The notes under the pieces are model-generated. The model was not told the DNA's origin. It saw only the letters and a list, made by a program, of their open reading frames with translations, and did no database searches. A stretch of 64,000 bases of DNA from Octopus sinensis (lineage: Eukaryota): contig NC_043006.1 of assembly GCF_006345805.1 (NCBI RefSeq), positions 69,874,001-69,938,000 of the forward strand. The letters run 5' to 3'. Every line of letters starts with the position of its first letter. Position 1 is the stretch's first letter. Positions 14,318 to 27,527 of this stretch are shown piece after piece. The position numbers and the translations under genes were made by a program.

Positions 14318-14694
14318 GGAGCGCAATGGGCCAGTGGTTAGGGCAGCGGACTCGCGGTCGTAGGATCGCGGTTTCGATTCCCAGACCGGGCGTGTGAGTG
14401 TTTATGAGCGAAACATCTGAAGTTCCACGAGGCTCCGGCAGGGGATGGTGGTGATCCCTGCTGTACTTTCACCACAACTTTCTCTCACTCTTACTTCCTG
14501 TTTCTGTTGTACCTGTATTTCAAAGGGCCGGCACTTGTCACTCTCTGTGTCACGTTGAATATCCCCGAGAACTGCGTTAAGGGTACACGTGTCTGTGGAG
14601 TGCTCAGCCACTTACACGTTAATTTCACGAGCAGGCTGTTCCGTTGATCGGATCAACTGGAACCCTCGTTGTCGTAACCGACGGAGTGCTTCCA
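14318..14694 (+). mobile_element. tRNA(Arg)-like SINE family C, near full length
   Basis: A-box tgggccagtggttagg, B-box ggtttcgattcc, tail ending gtaaccgacggagtgcttcca. Related copies at 17716, 23590, 24095, 37385 and 50850. Confidence 0.85.
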
Positions 14695-14721
14695 ACTATA
14701 CATAGAAATATATGTATACTC

Positions 14722-16207
14722 TTTTACTTGTTTCATTCATGTGAGTGTGGCCAATTTGGAGCACCGCCTTTAGTCGAGCAAATCGACCCCAAGACTTGTT
14801 CTTTGTAAGCCTAATACATATTCTATCGGTCTCTTTTGCCGAACCGCTAAGTTACAGGAACGTAAACACACCAGCATCGGTTATCAAGCGATGGTGGGGG
14901 AACAAACACAAACACACAAACATATACACACGCATAATATATATATATATACACATATATACGACGGGCTTCTTTCAGTTTCCGTCTACCAAATCCACTC
15001 ACAAGGCTTTGGTCGGCCCTAGGCTATTGTAGAAGACACTTGCACTAGGTACCACGCAGTGAGACTGAACCCGCAACCATGTGGTTGGTAAGCAAGCTAC
15101 TTACCACACAGCCACACACACACACGCACATATATATATATATATACATATATACATACATATATACATATATATAATGTATGTATATAGGTATATACAT
15201 ATATATATATATATATATATACACGGTGTATATAATACATTGTGGTATGTATATATCTACTCTTTTCTCTTTTACTTGTTTCAGTCATTTGACTGCGGCC
15301 ATGCTGGAGCACCGCCTTTAATCGAGCAACTCGACTCCGGGACTTATTCTTTGTAATCCCAGTACTTATTCTATCGGTCTCTTTTGCCGAACCGCTAAGT
15401 TACAGGAACGTAAACACACAGCATCGGTTATCAAGCGATGGTGGGGGACAAAACACAAACACACAAACATATACACACGCATAATATATATATATATACA
15501 CTATATACGACGGCTTCTTTCAGTTTCCGTCTACCAAATCCACTCACAAGGCTTTGGTCGGCCCTAGGCTATTGTAGAAGACACTTGCACTAGGTACCAC
15601 GCAGTGAGACTGAACCCGCAACCATGTGGTTGGTAAGCAAGCTACTTACCACACAGCCACACACACACACGCAAATATATATATATATACATATATACAT
15701 ACATATATACATATATATAATGTATGTATATAGGTATATACATATATATATATATATATATACACGGTGTATAAATACATTGTGGTATGTATATATCTAC
15801 TCTTTTCTCTTTTACTTGTTTCAGTCATTTGACTGCGGCCATGCTGGAGCACCGCCTTTAATCGAGCAACTCGACTCCGGGACTTATTCTTTGTAATCCC
15901 AGTACTTATTCTATCGGTCTCTTTTGCCGAACCGCTAAGTAACGGGTACATAAACACACCAGCATCGGTTGTCAAGCAATGCTAGGGGGACAGACACACA
16001 CAAGCACACACACATACACATACATATATATATACATATATACGACGGGCTTCTTTCAGTTTCCGTCTACCAAATCCACTCACAAGGCTTTGGTCGGCCC
16101 GAGGCTATAGTAGAAGACACTTGCCCAAGGTGCCACGCAGTGGAACTGAACCCGGAACCATGTTGTTGGTAAACAAGCTACTTACCATACAGCCACTCCT
16201 GCGCCTA
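14722..16207 (-). mobile_element. Three tandem SINE family B copies forming a ~541-bp direct duplication
   Basis: About 14840-15380 is repeated at about 15380-15920, including the inter-SINE spacer. Confidence 0.85.
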
Positions 16208-16629
16208 TGTACGAATGTCTGAATGTACGTATGTATGTATATATGCATGTATATGCATCTGTGTATGTATAATTCCAACCTATATGTATTTGTGTATCTT
16301 CGCAGATATCTATGTGAAAGTTGAAAAGAACGCATGCGTGATAACAGTTATCTACACTCGTGCTGAAGTATATGCATGCACTCCAGCTATATGCGTCTAT
16401 ATATTTATGTGTTACCTACTGTGTGCGCGTGCACATGTATATATGTATGTGTGTATTATGTATGTATTAATGTATATATATATATATACGTATATACTTA
16501 TCTCTTTCTTTTTACTATTTTATATGTATGTATATATCTATATATGTATATATATATATATATACATATATACATGCGTGCATGTACGTATGCATATATA
16601 TATATATATATGTACATATGTATGTGTGT

Positions 16630-16691
<62 letters not shown>

Positions 16692-17427
16692 CCTTGGGAT
16701 TTATTCAAGTTCTTTCAAACCTCTCACAAACAAAGTGACAAAACTGTTTTGATTGAGAGAAGACAGTTCGAGGGATTTGGGAATGTGTGAGAAAAAACCT
16801 CTAGATGTAAGTGTGTGCGTAGATATGCTAGCATTCCTGTATATGTGGGTGTATGTGTCACTTTAGTACATGATTGTATGTGAGTGTGTGAGTGTCTGTC
16901 TGTCTGTCTGTCTGTATGAGTGTGTGCGTGTGAGTGCGTGCGTGTGTGCGTGTGTGTGCATAGCGATTTGTGAATGTATGTAAAACTTAGATGTAAATGT
17001 ATGCGTAGATATACTTGCACTTTTGTTGTGGGTGTATATGTCACTATTGTACAGAACTGTGTAAGTACGTGTGTGTGTGTGGATGAGTACATATATTTGG
17101 TGGTGGTAGGAAATGTATGTGTGTGTGTCTGTGTATTCCTGTGTGTGCGTGTGTGCGTGTGTATTACGTGTGTACTTTATAAATATTTGATGACGTTGTT
17201 AGTCCAAGCTAAAGAAAGTGGAGAAATTCGTTTAGAAATTCCGGTGGTTTGTAGAAAAAATTCAGAATCTACGATAAACAATCGGAACAAGGAAATGGTT
17301 TTTGAAGTGTGTATGCGTGTGTGTGTGTGTGGGGTGTGTGGGGTACATCCTTGAGGTATTGAATATAGTATTACAGATAAGATGATCGGGTGTGTACTAG
17401 TTAGGCTTCTAGTATTTGACGAGTACT

Positions 17428-17642
17428 AAGGCGGCAAGCTGGCAGAATCGTTAGCACGCCGGGCGAAGTGCTTAGCGCTATTTCGTCCATCTTTACGTTT
17501 TGAGTTCAAATTCAGCCGAGGTCGACTTTGCCTTTCATGCTTTCGTGGTCGATAAATTAAATACCAGTTGCACACTGGGGTCGATCTAATCGACTGGACC
17601 CTTCCCCAAAAATTTCGGGCCTTGTGCCTAGAGTAGAAAAGA
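17428..17642 (+). mobile_element. SINE family A, full length
   Basis: ggcggcaagctggcagaatcgttagc head through gtgcctagagtagaaaagaa. Confidence 0.9.
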
Positions 17643-17715
17643 ATATTTGACGAGTACTGAGTTTAATTCGTAAAAGAAGGGTATCTACCCGATTAACTAG
17701 TTCTTCAGTTGTGAA

Positions 17716-18050
17716 AGCGCGTGGCTTTGTGGTTAGGGTATTCAGTTCACAATCGTAAGGTAGTGAGTTCGATTCCCCGTAGGGTTGTTGTGTCCTTGAG
17801 CAAATGGGTGTTTTGTGTCCTTTATCTCACGTTGCTCCAGTCCACTCAGCTGGCAAACATCAGTTGTACCTGCAATTCAAAGGGCCAACCTTGTCATATT
17901 CTGTGTCACGCTGGATCTCCTTAAGAACTACGTTAAGGGTACGCGCGTTATATGAGGGCTCAGCCACTCGCACGTTAATTTCACGTGCAGGCAGTTCCGT
18001 TGATTGAATCAACTGGAGCGCTCGTCGTCGTAACCGACGGAGTGCCAGTT
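17716..18050 (+). mobile_element. SINE family C variant
   Basis: tRNA-like head; tail shared with the 14318 copy. Confidence 0.8.
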
Positions 18051-18295
18051 GGTTCTTCAGTATCATATTTACCCTTTCTAGTAGTTGTTAGGTATTGATT
18101 GTATTCACCCATGAAAGGGGTAAAGTTAATTCAAAAAAGTTTAATTCTCGGTTTTCGTCACAGATTGTAAAGGGAGGCAACTAAATGGCTCTATGCATTT
18201 AGTTCCATATTGATTCCTAGGGCCGGTTTCCCGGTTTGCGTGGAACATATTTTCTTCCCCTGGACGAGATGCCAGCACGTCGTAGGATTACTCAT

Positions 18296-18631
18296 TTCTT
18301 ATTTCTTTATTGCCCACAAGGGGCTAAACATAGAGGGGACAAACAAGGACAAACAAACGGATTAAGTCGATTACATCGACCCAGTGCGTAGCTGGTACAT
18401 AATTTATCGACCCCGAAAGCATGAAAGGCAAAGTCGGCCTCAGCGGAATTTGAACTCAGAACGTAAAGACAGACGAAATAACTATTTCTTTACTACCCAC
18501 AAGAGGCTAAACACAGAGGGGAGAAACAAGGACAGACAAACGGATTAAGTCGATTACATCGACCCCAGTGCGTAACTGGTACTTATTTAATCGACCCCGA
18601 AAGGATGAAAGACAAAGTCGACCTCGGCGGA
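18296..18631 (-). mobile_element. Two tandem partial SINE family A copies
   Basis: Repeated gaccccgaaaggatgaaag(g/a)caaagtcg body. Confidence 0.8.
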
Positions 18632-18820
18632 ATATATGTATATATCTATCGTATGAAATACGAGCACGGGTGAAGATTCCAGTGGAAATGAACCACACAC
18701 ACGTGCACACACACATAACTTTCTCTCTCTAACCCTCCCTCTCTTTCTTTCTCTGCCTCACTCTCTCTCTCTCTCTCTCACACACTCTTCCTAGATAGAT
18801 AGATAGATAGATAGATAGAT

Positions 18821-18887
<67 letters not shown>

Positions 18888-18904
18888 AAGACAGACAGAC
18901 AGAC

Positions 18905-18974
<70 letters not shown>

Positions 18975-20089
18975 AGTGACAGAGAAAGAAAGAAATAAAG
19001 AGATAGATAGATGAAGTCGTTTATAATCAATTTTAATTAATTTAGACATCATGGGTAATTACATTAATTCATTACGCAGTGATTTAGTGATTTATCATTT
19101 AGCTTTCAAGAACCTTTTCCTGGTTATTCCCCCTTTTTATTTGTAGTTACCATGGATAAGCCAAATTCCATACGACACCACACGTTTCACACACTTATAT
19201 AAGGGTGGTGGTACTTTAAGTGCATGGACACAACTCAATTGTACACACACACACACATACATACATACATACATACATACACATACATACATAGATACAT
19301 AGATATACATACATACATACATACATACATAGCCTCCTCTTATCTTTGCCACGAACTCTGACCTCTAACCTCGACGTCTTGCCTTCCCTCGACCTTTGCC
19401 CTTTACCTCGACGTCTGAAGTTCCTATCAAACTCTTATCTTTCAAGCTTAGGCACTCCTCCTCTTCTCTCTATATATAAATACTCACTCGGGAAAATCAA
19501 TGATTTGAACATTAGCGAAACTTGAAATGCAACCAACGCACCACTTATGGCTAACAGAAAGGACCAACGCTGGCCTACAATCAATATATTTGATCCATCA
19601 ATGTTTTATGCTTGTCTTGCCTGACACTCACCAACGTCTCCCAAAGAAATCACCAGAGACTACAAAAAACATAAAATAGTGCATTTCATTACATCAAAGT
19701 CTGCACAGAGATTTCACCCGTAAGCCACGTACTCACAATGACACGTCAATACTAAAGATAAAAGACCACTTAAATAAGCTAGATCTACACACGAAGAACC
19801 AGCCTCCGTGTTCAAACCACACACACACACACACACACACAGACATGCTCCACACCACAACCGTACCACCGTACCGTCTCATATGTCCCCTACGGCAACA
19901 TATATCATCACATCTAAATCTTGACACCCACGCACTTTCAAACTTACTCTAAAATACTATTGCAACTATATCCTCACTACCATGTTTCTCCTACTCTGTC
20001 TAAACAAACACGAAGCGTCCTGCTCTAAAAACATAGCAGCAACGCATCAACCTAAATAAGTTATTTCTACATATAAGTACGAGGAGGCC

Positions 20090-20279
20090 CGAAATTTCAG
20101 GGAAAGTTGGGGGTAATCGATTACATCGAGCCCGATTTTCGACTGGTATTTATTTCATCAACCCCCGAAAGAATAAAAAGCAAAGTCGACCAAAACGGAA
20201 TTTGAACTCAGAACCGGGGAGGGCCGTGCCGCTAAACATTTTGTGCGGTGTGCTAATGATTCTGCCAGTTCGCCGCCTT
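20090..20279 (-). mobile_element. SINE family A
   Basis: Reverse complement of the 17428 consensus. Confidence 0.8.
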
Positions 20280-20285
20280 AATAAC

Positions 20286-20322
<37 letters not shown>

Positions 20323-20354
20323 TATAATAATATAATAATAATAATAATAATAAT

Positions 20355-20388
<34 letters not shown>

Positions 20389-20427
20389 AATGATAATGAT
20401 AAAATAAAATAATAATAATAATAATAA

Positions 20428-20938
20428 TAGATCTTAACTGATTGGAAGTGTTATCATGTACATTGTTTTGTCTTGGTATAAAAGATGGGCTACAGCAAAT
20501 ATTCTGCTCAATACCACAGATTTGCTTGTCAGTTGTTTGACCTTAACCAGTTGAGCATGTCCCTAGTGGCTGACGATATGTGCATCTCTGATCACGAGCA
20601 GAAGTAGTGGGGGAGCATCATAGCCATGTGTGAGAGGATTCTTTGGGGTTTGAATAATTCACCTCTGGAAACATGGGTGTTTCGTTCACATCCTTAAAGC
20701 AACCCTTATTCAGGGACCTTTTGAGGGGATGGGTTACTCGATCTGAAGAAAATTCTAACTGGGCTCCACCTGCAAGGTCATGTGCTGCTTATCTTGATAT
20801 GAGATCACCATGTCGCGCACATATGGTTGTGATGCATGTGCCTGGTGTACCCTTATCAGACGGGTAGTCATGATGGGTATACTGGGCTTCGTATATTTTA
20901 CCCCAGTGTCACTTTGATGGCATGCTTGCTCGCTCACT
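20428..20938 (-). mobile_element. ~550-bp TAA-associated element, copy 2
   Basis: Reverse complement of 8368-8851. Confidence 0.8.
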
Positions 20939-20939
20939 C

Positions 20940-20977
<38 letters not shown>

Positions 20978-21099
20978 AGAAGAGAAGAAGAAAAGAAGAA
21001 TAAGAAGAAGAAGAGAAGAAGAAGAAGAAGAAGAAGAAGAAGAAGAAGAAGAAGAAGAAGAAGAGAATACAATATAATAATAATAATAATAATAATAAA

Positions 21100-21654
21100 A
21101 TGCCCTAATGCAGTACCAGGAAGTGGCTCTCGTGGCCACTGATCTTAACTGATTGGAAGTGTTATCATGTGCATTGTTTTGTCTTGGTATAAAATATGGG
21201 CTACAGCAAATATTCTGCTCAATATCACAGATTTGCTTGCCAGTGGTTTGACCTTAACTAGTTGTGCATGTCCCTTAGTGACTGACGATATGTGCATCTC
21301 TGATCACGAGCAGAAGTAGTAGGGGAGCATCATAGCCGTGTGTTGAGAGGAATTCTTAGGGGTTTAAATAATTCAGCTTTGGAAATATGTGTTTTGCTCA
21401 ACATCCTTAAACAACCCTTATTCATGGACCTATTGAGCAGAATGGGCCACTCGACCAGAAGAAAATTCTAACTGGGCTTCACCTGCAAGGTCATGCGCTG
21501 TTTATCTTGATATGAGATCACCATTTCGCACACATATAGTTGTGATGCATGTACCTGGAATGCCATTATTAGACGGGTAGTCATGATGGGTATATTGGGC
21601 TTCGTATATTTTACCCCAGCGTCACTTTGATGGTATGCACTGCTCTCTCACTCA
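21100..21654 (-). mobile_element. ~550-bp TAA-associated element, copy 3 (longest)
   Basis: Includes the 3' end ctggtactgcattagggcattt followed by (TTA)n. Confidence 0.8.
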
Positions 21655-21667
21655 AAAATAATAATGG

Positions 21668-22081
21668 TTTCAAATTTAGTTACAAGGGCAGATATTTTGT
21701 GGGAGGAGATGTGTTGATTACATCGATCCCAGAGTTCAAATGGCGCTTAATTTATTGACCCCGAAAAGCTGAAAGGCAAAGTCGACCTCGGCGGATTTTG
21801 AACTCAGAACGTAGCGATGGGCGAAATACTGCTAAGCATTTAGCCCAGCGTGCTAACAAATCTGCAGCTCGCCGCCTTAATATTAATGATACTAATGACT
21901 TCAAGTTCTTGGTATAAGGCCAGCAATTTCGTGGACATTTTTACTGGTATTTGTTTCATCAACCCCGAAAGGATGAAAGGCAATGTCGATGTCAGCGACA
22001 TTTGAACTCAGGACTTAAAGACGGAAGAAGTGCCGCTTAGTATTTTGTGCAGCGTGCTAACTATACTGCCAGTTCGCCGCC
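21668..22081 (-). mobile_element. Two tandem SINE family A copies
   Basis: Both end in ...ctcgccgcc / gttcgccgcc (the reversed head). Confidence 0.8.
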
Positions 22082-22574
22082 CTGCCTTTCAACCTAATTT
22101 GTACGATATACTCGGCTAAGATGTAAACGAACAGATATAAGTAAAGACAAATAACAATTGCTATACATTTGTTAAGCCACTTGACCCACATCTTCTGAGT
22201 TCACCTCCAGAATTTACAAGCATAAAAAAAGAGCGTGGAGAGTGGAGAAAATACAGTTGTAATAAAACCTGCAATGAAATACTCTCCCCGTATCTGGAAC
22301 AGTGTTGCGGACAAAACATTCTAGTACATATCTCCCACAAAAACTAAGATTTGGGGGAATGTGGTCTGAGATGACATTATAGTATGTTTCTTTTCTATTT
22401 TCGTATGTTGGTATAACCGGTGTGCTCCTGAAAAAAAATATGGTCAGATTGTCACACTCTACCTTTTATGTGATAAGAAACAAAAATTATGGTCAGAATA
22501 TCTAGTGAGGACCTCAACTAAACAGAGGCGATGGATTCTCCGTCTACTTCGACGATTGCTATTCAGTTGTTCTA

Positions 22575-23130
22575 TTAGATTAGCAACTAAGTTCCCGTCG
22601 TTTTTAAAATTTTAATTTTTAAAAAGATTTAATAAAAAATAATAACTAATTAATCAATAATATATTCACCTTTGTTGTTTACAACTTCTTCCCAACATTA
22701 AACAAGATTTTCAGTACCTCGTTATTAGAAATCACCCGATTTCGACACGAAAAATTGATCCAACCAAGCTCTCAATTCTGCATCAGAATTGAACAAAACT
22801 CCGCACATAGCATTTGAAAGAGATCGAAAGAGGTGGAAATCCGTTGGTGCCAAATCAGGAGAGTACGGTGGGTATGGCAGCACTTCCCAGCCATCCGTTT
22901 GAATGGCTTCCTTGGTCATATTGGCGATATGAGGGCGGGCGTTGTCGTGCAGCAGAACTCCATGCTGATGATTAGGTCTTTTCTCTTGAATAGCCGTGTT
23001 GAGGCGTTCCATCTGTATAACCATTTGGTTCCGTTCAAGCAATTCGTAATGAATAATCCCTTCCCATTCCCACAATATGCACAACATCGTTTTACGCGGA
23101 TGAAGATCTTATTTTACGCGCGGTGTCGCT
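22575..23130 (-). mobile_element. 5'-truncated mariner (DD34D), transposase C-terminus and 3' TIR
   Basis: ORF 22725-23087 contains LLHDNARPH..PPYSPDLAPTDFHLF. TIR TA|ttagattagcaactaagttccc; the element is cut off by a SINE. Confidence 0.92.
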
Positions 23131-23136
23131 TGTTTA

Positions 23137-23463
23137 CCGGGGCATCGGTTGTCAAGCGATGTTAGGGGGACAACAACACACACACACACACACACATACA
23201 CACATACACACACACACACACATACACACACACAGACACACATACAGACATACACAGACACAGACACACAGACACACACAGACACACACACATATATATA
23301 CGTCGGGATTCTTTCAGTTTCCGCCTACCAAGTCCACTCACAAGGCTTTGGTCGGCCCGAGGCTTTAGTAGAAGACACTTGCCCAAGGTGCCATGCAGTG
23401 AGACTGAACTCGGAACCGTGTGGTTCGTAAGCAAGCTACTTACCACACAGCCACTCCTACGCC
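23137..23463 (-). mobile_element. SINE family B (partial)
   Basis: Head ccacacagccactcc in reverse, plus the family B body. Confidence 0.85.
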
Positions 23464-23475
23464 TTTAAATGTGTG

Positions 23476-23589
23476 ACGCTTACAGCACCTAAGTTTCCAA
23501 AGCGCTCACCCATCTAATTACTAACTAGGCTCGACGTTGCTTAACTCCTGTGATCGGACGAGAACCGATGCTTTCAACGTGATATGGCC
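23476..23589 (-). rRNA. Dispersed 5S rRNA copy (nt ~7-120), probable pseudogene
   Basis: The reverse complement reads ggccatatcacgttgaaagcatcggttctcgtccgatcacaggagttaagcaacgtcgagcctagttagtaattagatgggtgagcgctttggaaacttaggtgctgtaagcgt, collinear with metazoan 5S including box A and box C. The first ~6 nt are replaced by SINE sequence and there is no T4 terminator. Confidence 0.93.
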
Positions 23590-23727
23590 TTGCCAGCTGA
23601 GTGCATTGGAGCAATGTAAAATGAAGTGTTTTGATCAAGAACACTGTATAGCCCGGTTCAGAAATCGAGACCACAATCTTACGATCATGAGTTCAACTCC
23701 TTAACCACTAAACCACGTGCCTCCACT
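23590..23727 (-). mobile_element. SINE family C head and body fused to the 5S copy
   Basis: Body ...ttgctccaatgcactcagctggcaa matches the 17716 copy. Confidence 0.75.
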
Positions 23728-23757
23728 ATAAAAAAAAAAACTGCTTGCTCGTTGCAG

Positions 23758-23917
23758 GCGGGGCTGTGTGGTAAAAAGCTTGTTTCCCAACCACATGGTT
23801 CCGGATTCAATCCCATGAGCGGCACTTTTGTGCAGGTGTTTTCTACTATAGCTTTAGGCTGACTAAAGCTCCGTGAGTGGATTTGGTAGACAAAAACTAA
23901 AAGAAGCCCATCGTAGA

Positions 23918-23962
<45 letters not shown>

Positions 23963-24060
23963 CTGTGTTTGTGTGTCACCACCGCTAGACAACCGTTGTT
24001 GGTGTGTTTCCATCTCAGTGACCTAGCGGTTCGGTGATAGAATAAAAGTACTGGCCGTCG
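23758..24060 (+). mobile_element. SINE family B
   Basis: gggctgtgtggtaaaaagc head and family B body. Confidence 0.8.
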
Positions 24061-24469
24061 TGTAATGACCGCAAAAAAGTAAAAGATGAAAGATAAGTGG
24101 CTGAGTATTCCGCATGCATGTCTACCCTTCAGGTTATTTCTCAGGCCCAACATCATGATTACTATATGATCATGTTGGCCTTTCCAAACACAGACAAAAT
24201 CCAACAGTTCCCGATCTGTTTCCACCAGTCCAATCTCGTCCACATAGCTTGAGTCAATACAGCGATACAATAAAAACACGCAGAGTACTTGAGCCCGGGG
24301 TCTCATGAATATCAAGCGAACTTCTAAACCAATCAGCCACGACAGCTTCCCTAACTAAGGTACGTTATATATGGAGCTGTAAATCAGTGGATTGCACCTC
24401 ACTGTTTGCATCATTGTATCACGGTCGAATCAGAGTTATATCATCAATATCAACAACAGCAACAACAAT

Positions 24470-24795
24470 TAACCATATTTGACTTCATCTTCAAAATATG
24501 ATCCCCTCTCCCGAGCCATACCTGTAGAGCTTATCCCGAACGGGTACCACTTCTCGATAGCACTGCCAGGGATCTCTGGAAGTTGTCCATAGGTCCCGGC
24601 CCGAAAGTCGTCTTGAACAGGCGGGTCAGGTATTCCTCGTCGACGCATAGTTTCGCCCCGAGATAGTCGTCGCTCCTCCCCTACACTAATCCCCTGTAAA
24701 ATGCTTTGGTTTTGTTGAAGTCGCTCAAGGTCGATCCGGGACGGTAGAGTTGCTTGAGAGCAACGCGACACTCGCGGTGCCATTCACCCTTACTC
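24470..24795 (-). mobile_element. L1/Tx1-like LINE ORF2 fragment (upstream of and entering the zf-RVT region)
   Basis: Translates GEWHRECRVALKQLY..AFYRGLV*GRSDD..TTFGPGPMDNFQRSLA, then frameshifted VVPVRDKLYRYG. Confidence 0.7.
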
Positions 24796-24800
24796 GGACT

Positions 24801-24876
<76 letters not shown>

Positions 24877-25111
24877 AAGTTAGGTAGGTAGGTAGTTAGG
24901 TAGGTAGGTAGGTAGGTAGGTAGGTAGGTAGGTAGGTAGGTAGGTATGTAGGCAGGCAGGTGGTAGGTAGGTGGTAGGTAGGTAGGTAGGTATGTAGGTA
25001 GGTAGGTAGGTAGGTAGGTAGGTAGGTAGAGAGGGAGGGAGGAGGGAGGGAGGTGGTAGGGAGGGAGGTAGATAGGTAAGTAGGTAGGTAGGTAGATAGG
25101 TAGATAGATAG

Positions 25112-25142
<31 letters not shown>

Positions 25143-25497
25143 CATTCATACGCACATACATGCAGACAGACACACAGATAGACAGACAGACACACAGACA
25201 GACAGATAGATGATAGATCGTGAGAGGAGAAATACATCCTCGTTAAGTAAACTGGATCTTTCATTACTGAGGTGTAAAAGCCGACATAAAATCTGTTGCT
25301 GCTCTAATTTAACGCCTCCATAATGGAATATTGAATTGACCAATGGGAAGCGTCGTTTCTCTGCTTCTGTCATTTACTTGTCACCTTTATACTATTGTTC
25401 TAGTTTCGACACGAAAGACATAGCAGGATGTAAATGCGCACACAGAGACTCTTTTTAAAGATTGCTCGTTCAACCAAATAATTTATTTATATATATA

Positions 25498-25595
<98 letters not shown>

Positions 25596-25609
25596 ATATA
25601 TAATATATG

Positions 25610-25658
<49 letters not shown>

Positions 25659-25671
25659 GTATAATAATAAC

Positions 25672-25704
<33 letters not shown>

Positions 25705-25711
25705 TATTAGT

Positions 25712-25914
25712 CTTTTACTCTGTTGTTCCAGTCACTTGACTGTGGCCATGCTGGAGCACCGCCTTTAGACGAACAAATCGACCCCAGGACTTATGCTTTG
25801 TAAGGCTAGTACTTATTCTATCGATCTCATTTATCGAACCGCAAAGTTAAGTGGACGTAAACACATCAACAACGGTTGGCAATTCATGGTGGTGGGGATA
25901 AACACAGTCATGTG

Positions 25915-25945
<31 letters not shown>

Positions 25946-26118
25946 TGTGTGTGTGTGTGTGTGTTAGTGTGTGTTAGTGTGTGTTTACGACGGGCTTCAG
26001 TTTTCGTCTACTAAATCTAAGGCTTTGCTCGGCTCGAGGCTATTGTAGAAGACACTTGCCCAAGGTGCCATGCAGTGGGATTGAACCCAGAACCGTGTGG
26101 TTGGAATGCAAGCTTCTT
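25712..26118 (-). mobile_element. SINE family B
   Basis: Full tail-to-head match to the family. Confidence 0.85.
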
Positions 26119-26505
26119 GCCACCCAGCCACTCCTGTCTATATGTATTTAGATACACACACACACATATATATATATAGATACATACACACTCATATAAA
26201 TATATTTATATGTATTCATATACCTATAAATATATATGAGTGGAGATAGCTTTCGTCACTAGCTGGTGACAGTCTCACACTGAGGACGGATAACATTCAG
26301 AAACCTAGATCTGTAAGTATCACGTAAGGCTAGATATAGAAGCGATGACCTCACTTGCAAATACTATATACGGACACAAACTGTGTGTCGTTAGCAAACT
26401 TGAACAGATTTTTCCTGGGACTAAAACAAAAGTAACATCGTCCTTTACAGGACTGCCACGTTATGTTGACATATAAACATTACTATCTATCCCTATATAT
26501 ATATA

Positions 26506-26571
<66 letters not shown>

Positions 26572-26577
<6 letters not shown>

Positions 26578-27385
26578 TAATTAATGCAAAAACTAAATTC
26601 TGTGTGTCAGTGTGTCACACTTCGACCTCCTTTCTCACTATTCATTGACGCTTCTACTATTGCTCATGTTGAGGTGAGAGTAATAGTAGGCATAGGGAGA
26701 GTGAGGGCGGTGGCGAAGACAAAGAGAGGGAGAGAACGGGAAACAAAGAAATTTAGGGAGAGTTGATGATGTTTTATTAAAAGTAGTAGTGTTAATGGGG
26801 TTAGTGGTAGTAATAATAAGAAAGAGAGAGGGAAATGGGGGTATGTTAGTGAAAGAGGGGCTGACCACTGAATTAACATGCTAAAATTACATACTGAACG
26901 AACACAAACATTTACCCTTTTTGTGATGGTAACTGGGTGATAGTAATAGCATGAGCTGTAATCGTGATAAAGGCGGAGACGGCGCTGATGATGGTAGTGG
27001 TGGTGGGGTTGAGGGTGGTAACCGAGGCGATGAAGGATGAAGCGATGTGAAAGACAGTGATGATGGTGATGGAGGGGAAGGCGACGAAGTCAAAGGTATT
27101 GATGGTGGTAGCGTCAGAAGTCTGAATGGTGTGTGTATGACAGATGTGGTGACGATGGTGGTGGTACTATTGTTTCTCATGCAGCTTTGCAATAAGTTCC
27201 AAGTCAACCAATTATATGAATGTTTTGATGAAAATTTTTCATTGCTTGAAAAATATAGTTGAAGTTTAATAAAATTTAATACGTACTCAATGCATGAAGT
27301 ACCATTGTTGGGCCTAAAGCCCAATAAAGAGTCCCTTCACAGGAGCTAGCTTAAAAGCCTCCTGATAAGCCGGCTTTTAAGCTAG
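26572..27385 (+). mobile_element. Non-autonomous Helitron-like element
   Basis: 3' end has a 14-bp inverted repeat ctagcttaaaagcc/ggcttttaagctag ending CTAG|T. The 5' end has a tataattaatgcaaaa..tgtgtgtcagtgtgtcac start within (TA)n. Confidence 0.55.
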
Positions 27386-27448
27386 TATATACATATACAT
27401 ACATACATACATACATACATACATACATACATACATACATACATACAC

Positions 27449-27527
<79 letters not shown>

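Noticed and set aside
14318-14395. tRNA-Arg gene
   Set aside because: The tRNA-like head lacks a proper acceptor stem and runs into a SINE body; the same applies to the other heads (e.g. 11463-11520).
24800-25210. Compound GATA-GGTA-GGGA-GACA tetranucleotide tract
   Set aside because: Ordinary microsatellite turnover; the LPTY-repeat ORFs are artefacts.
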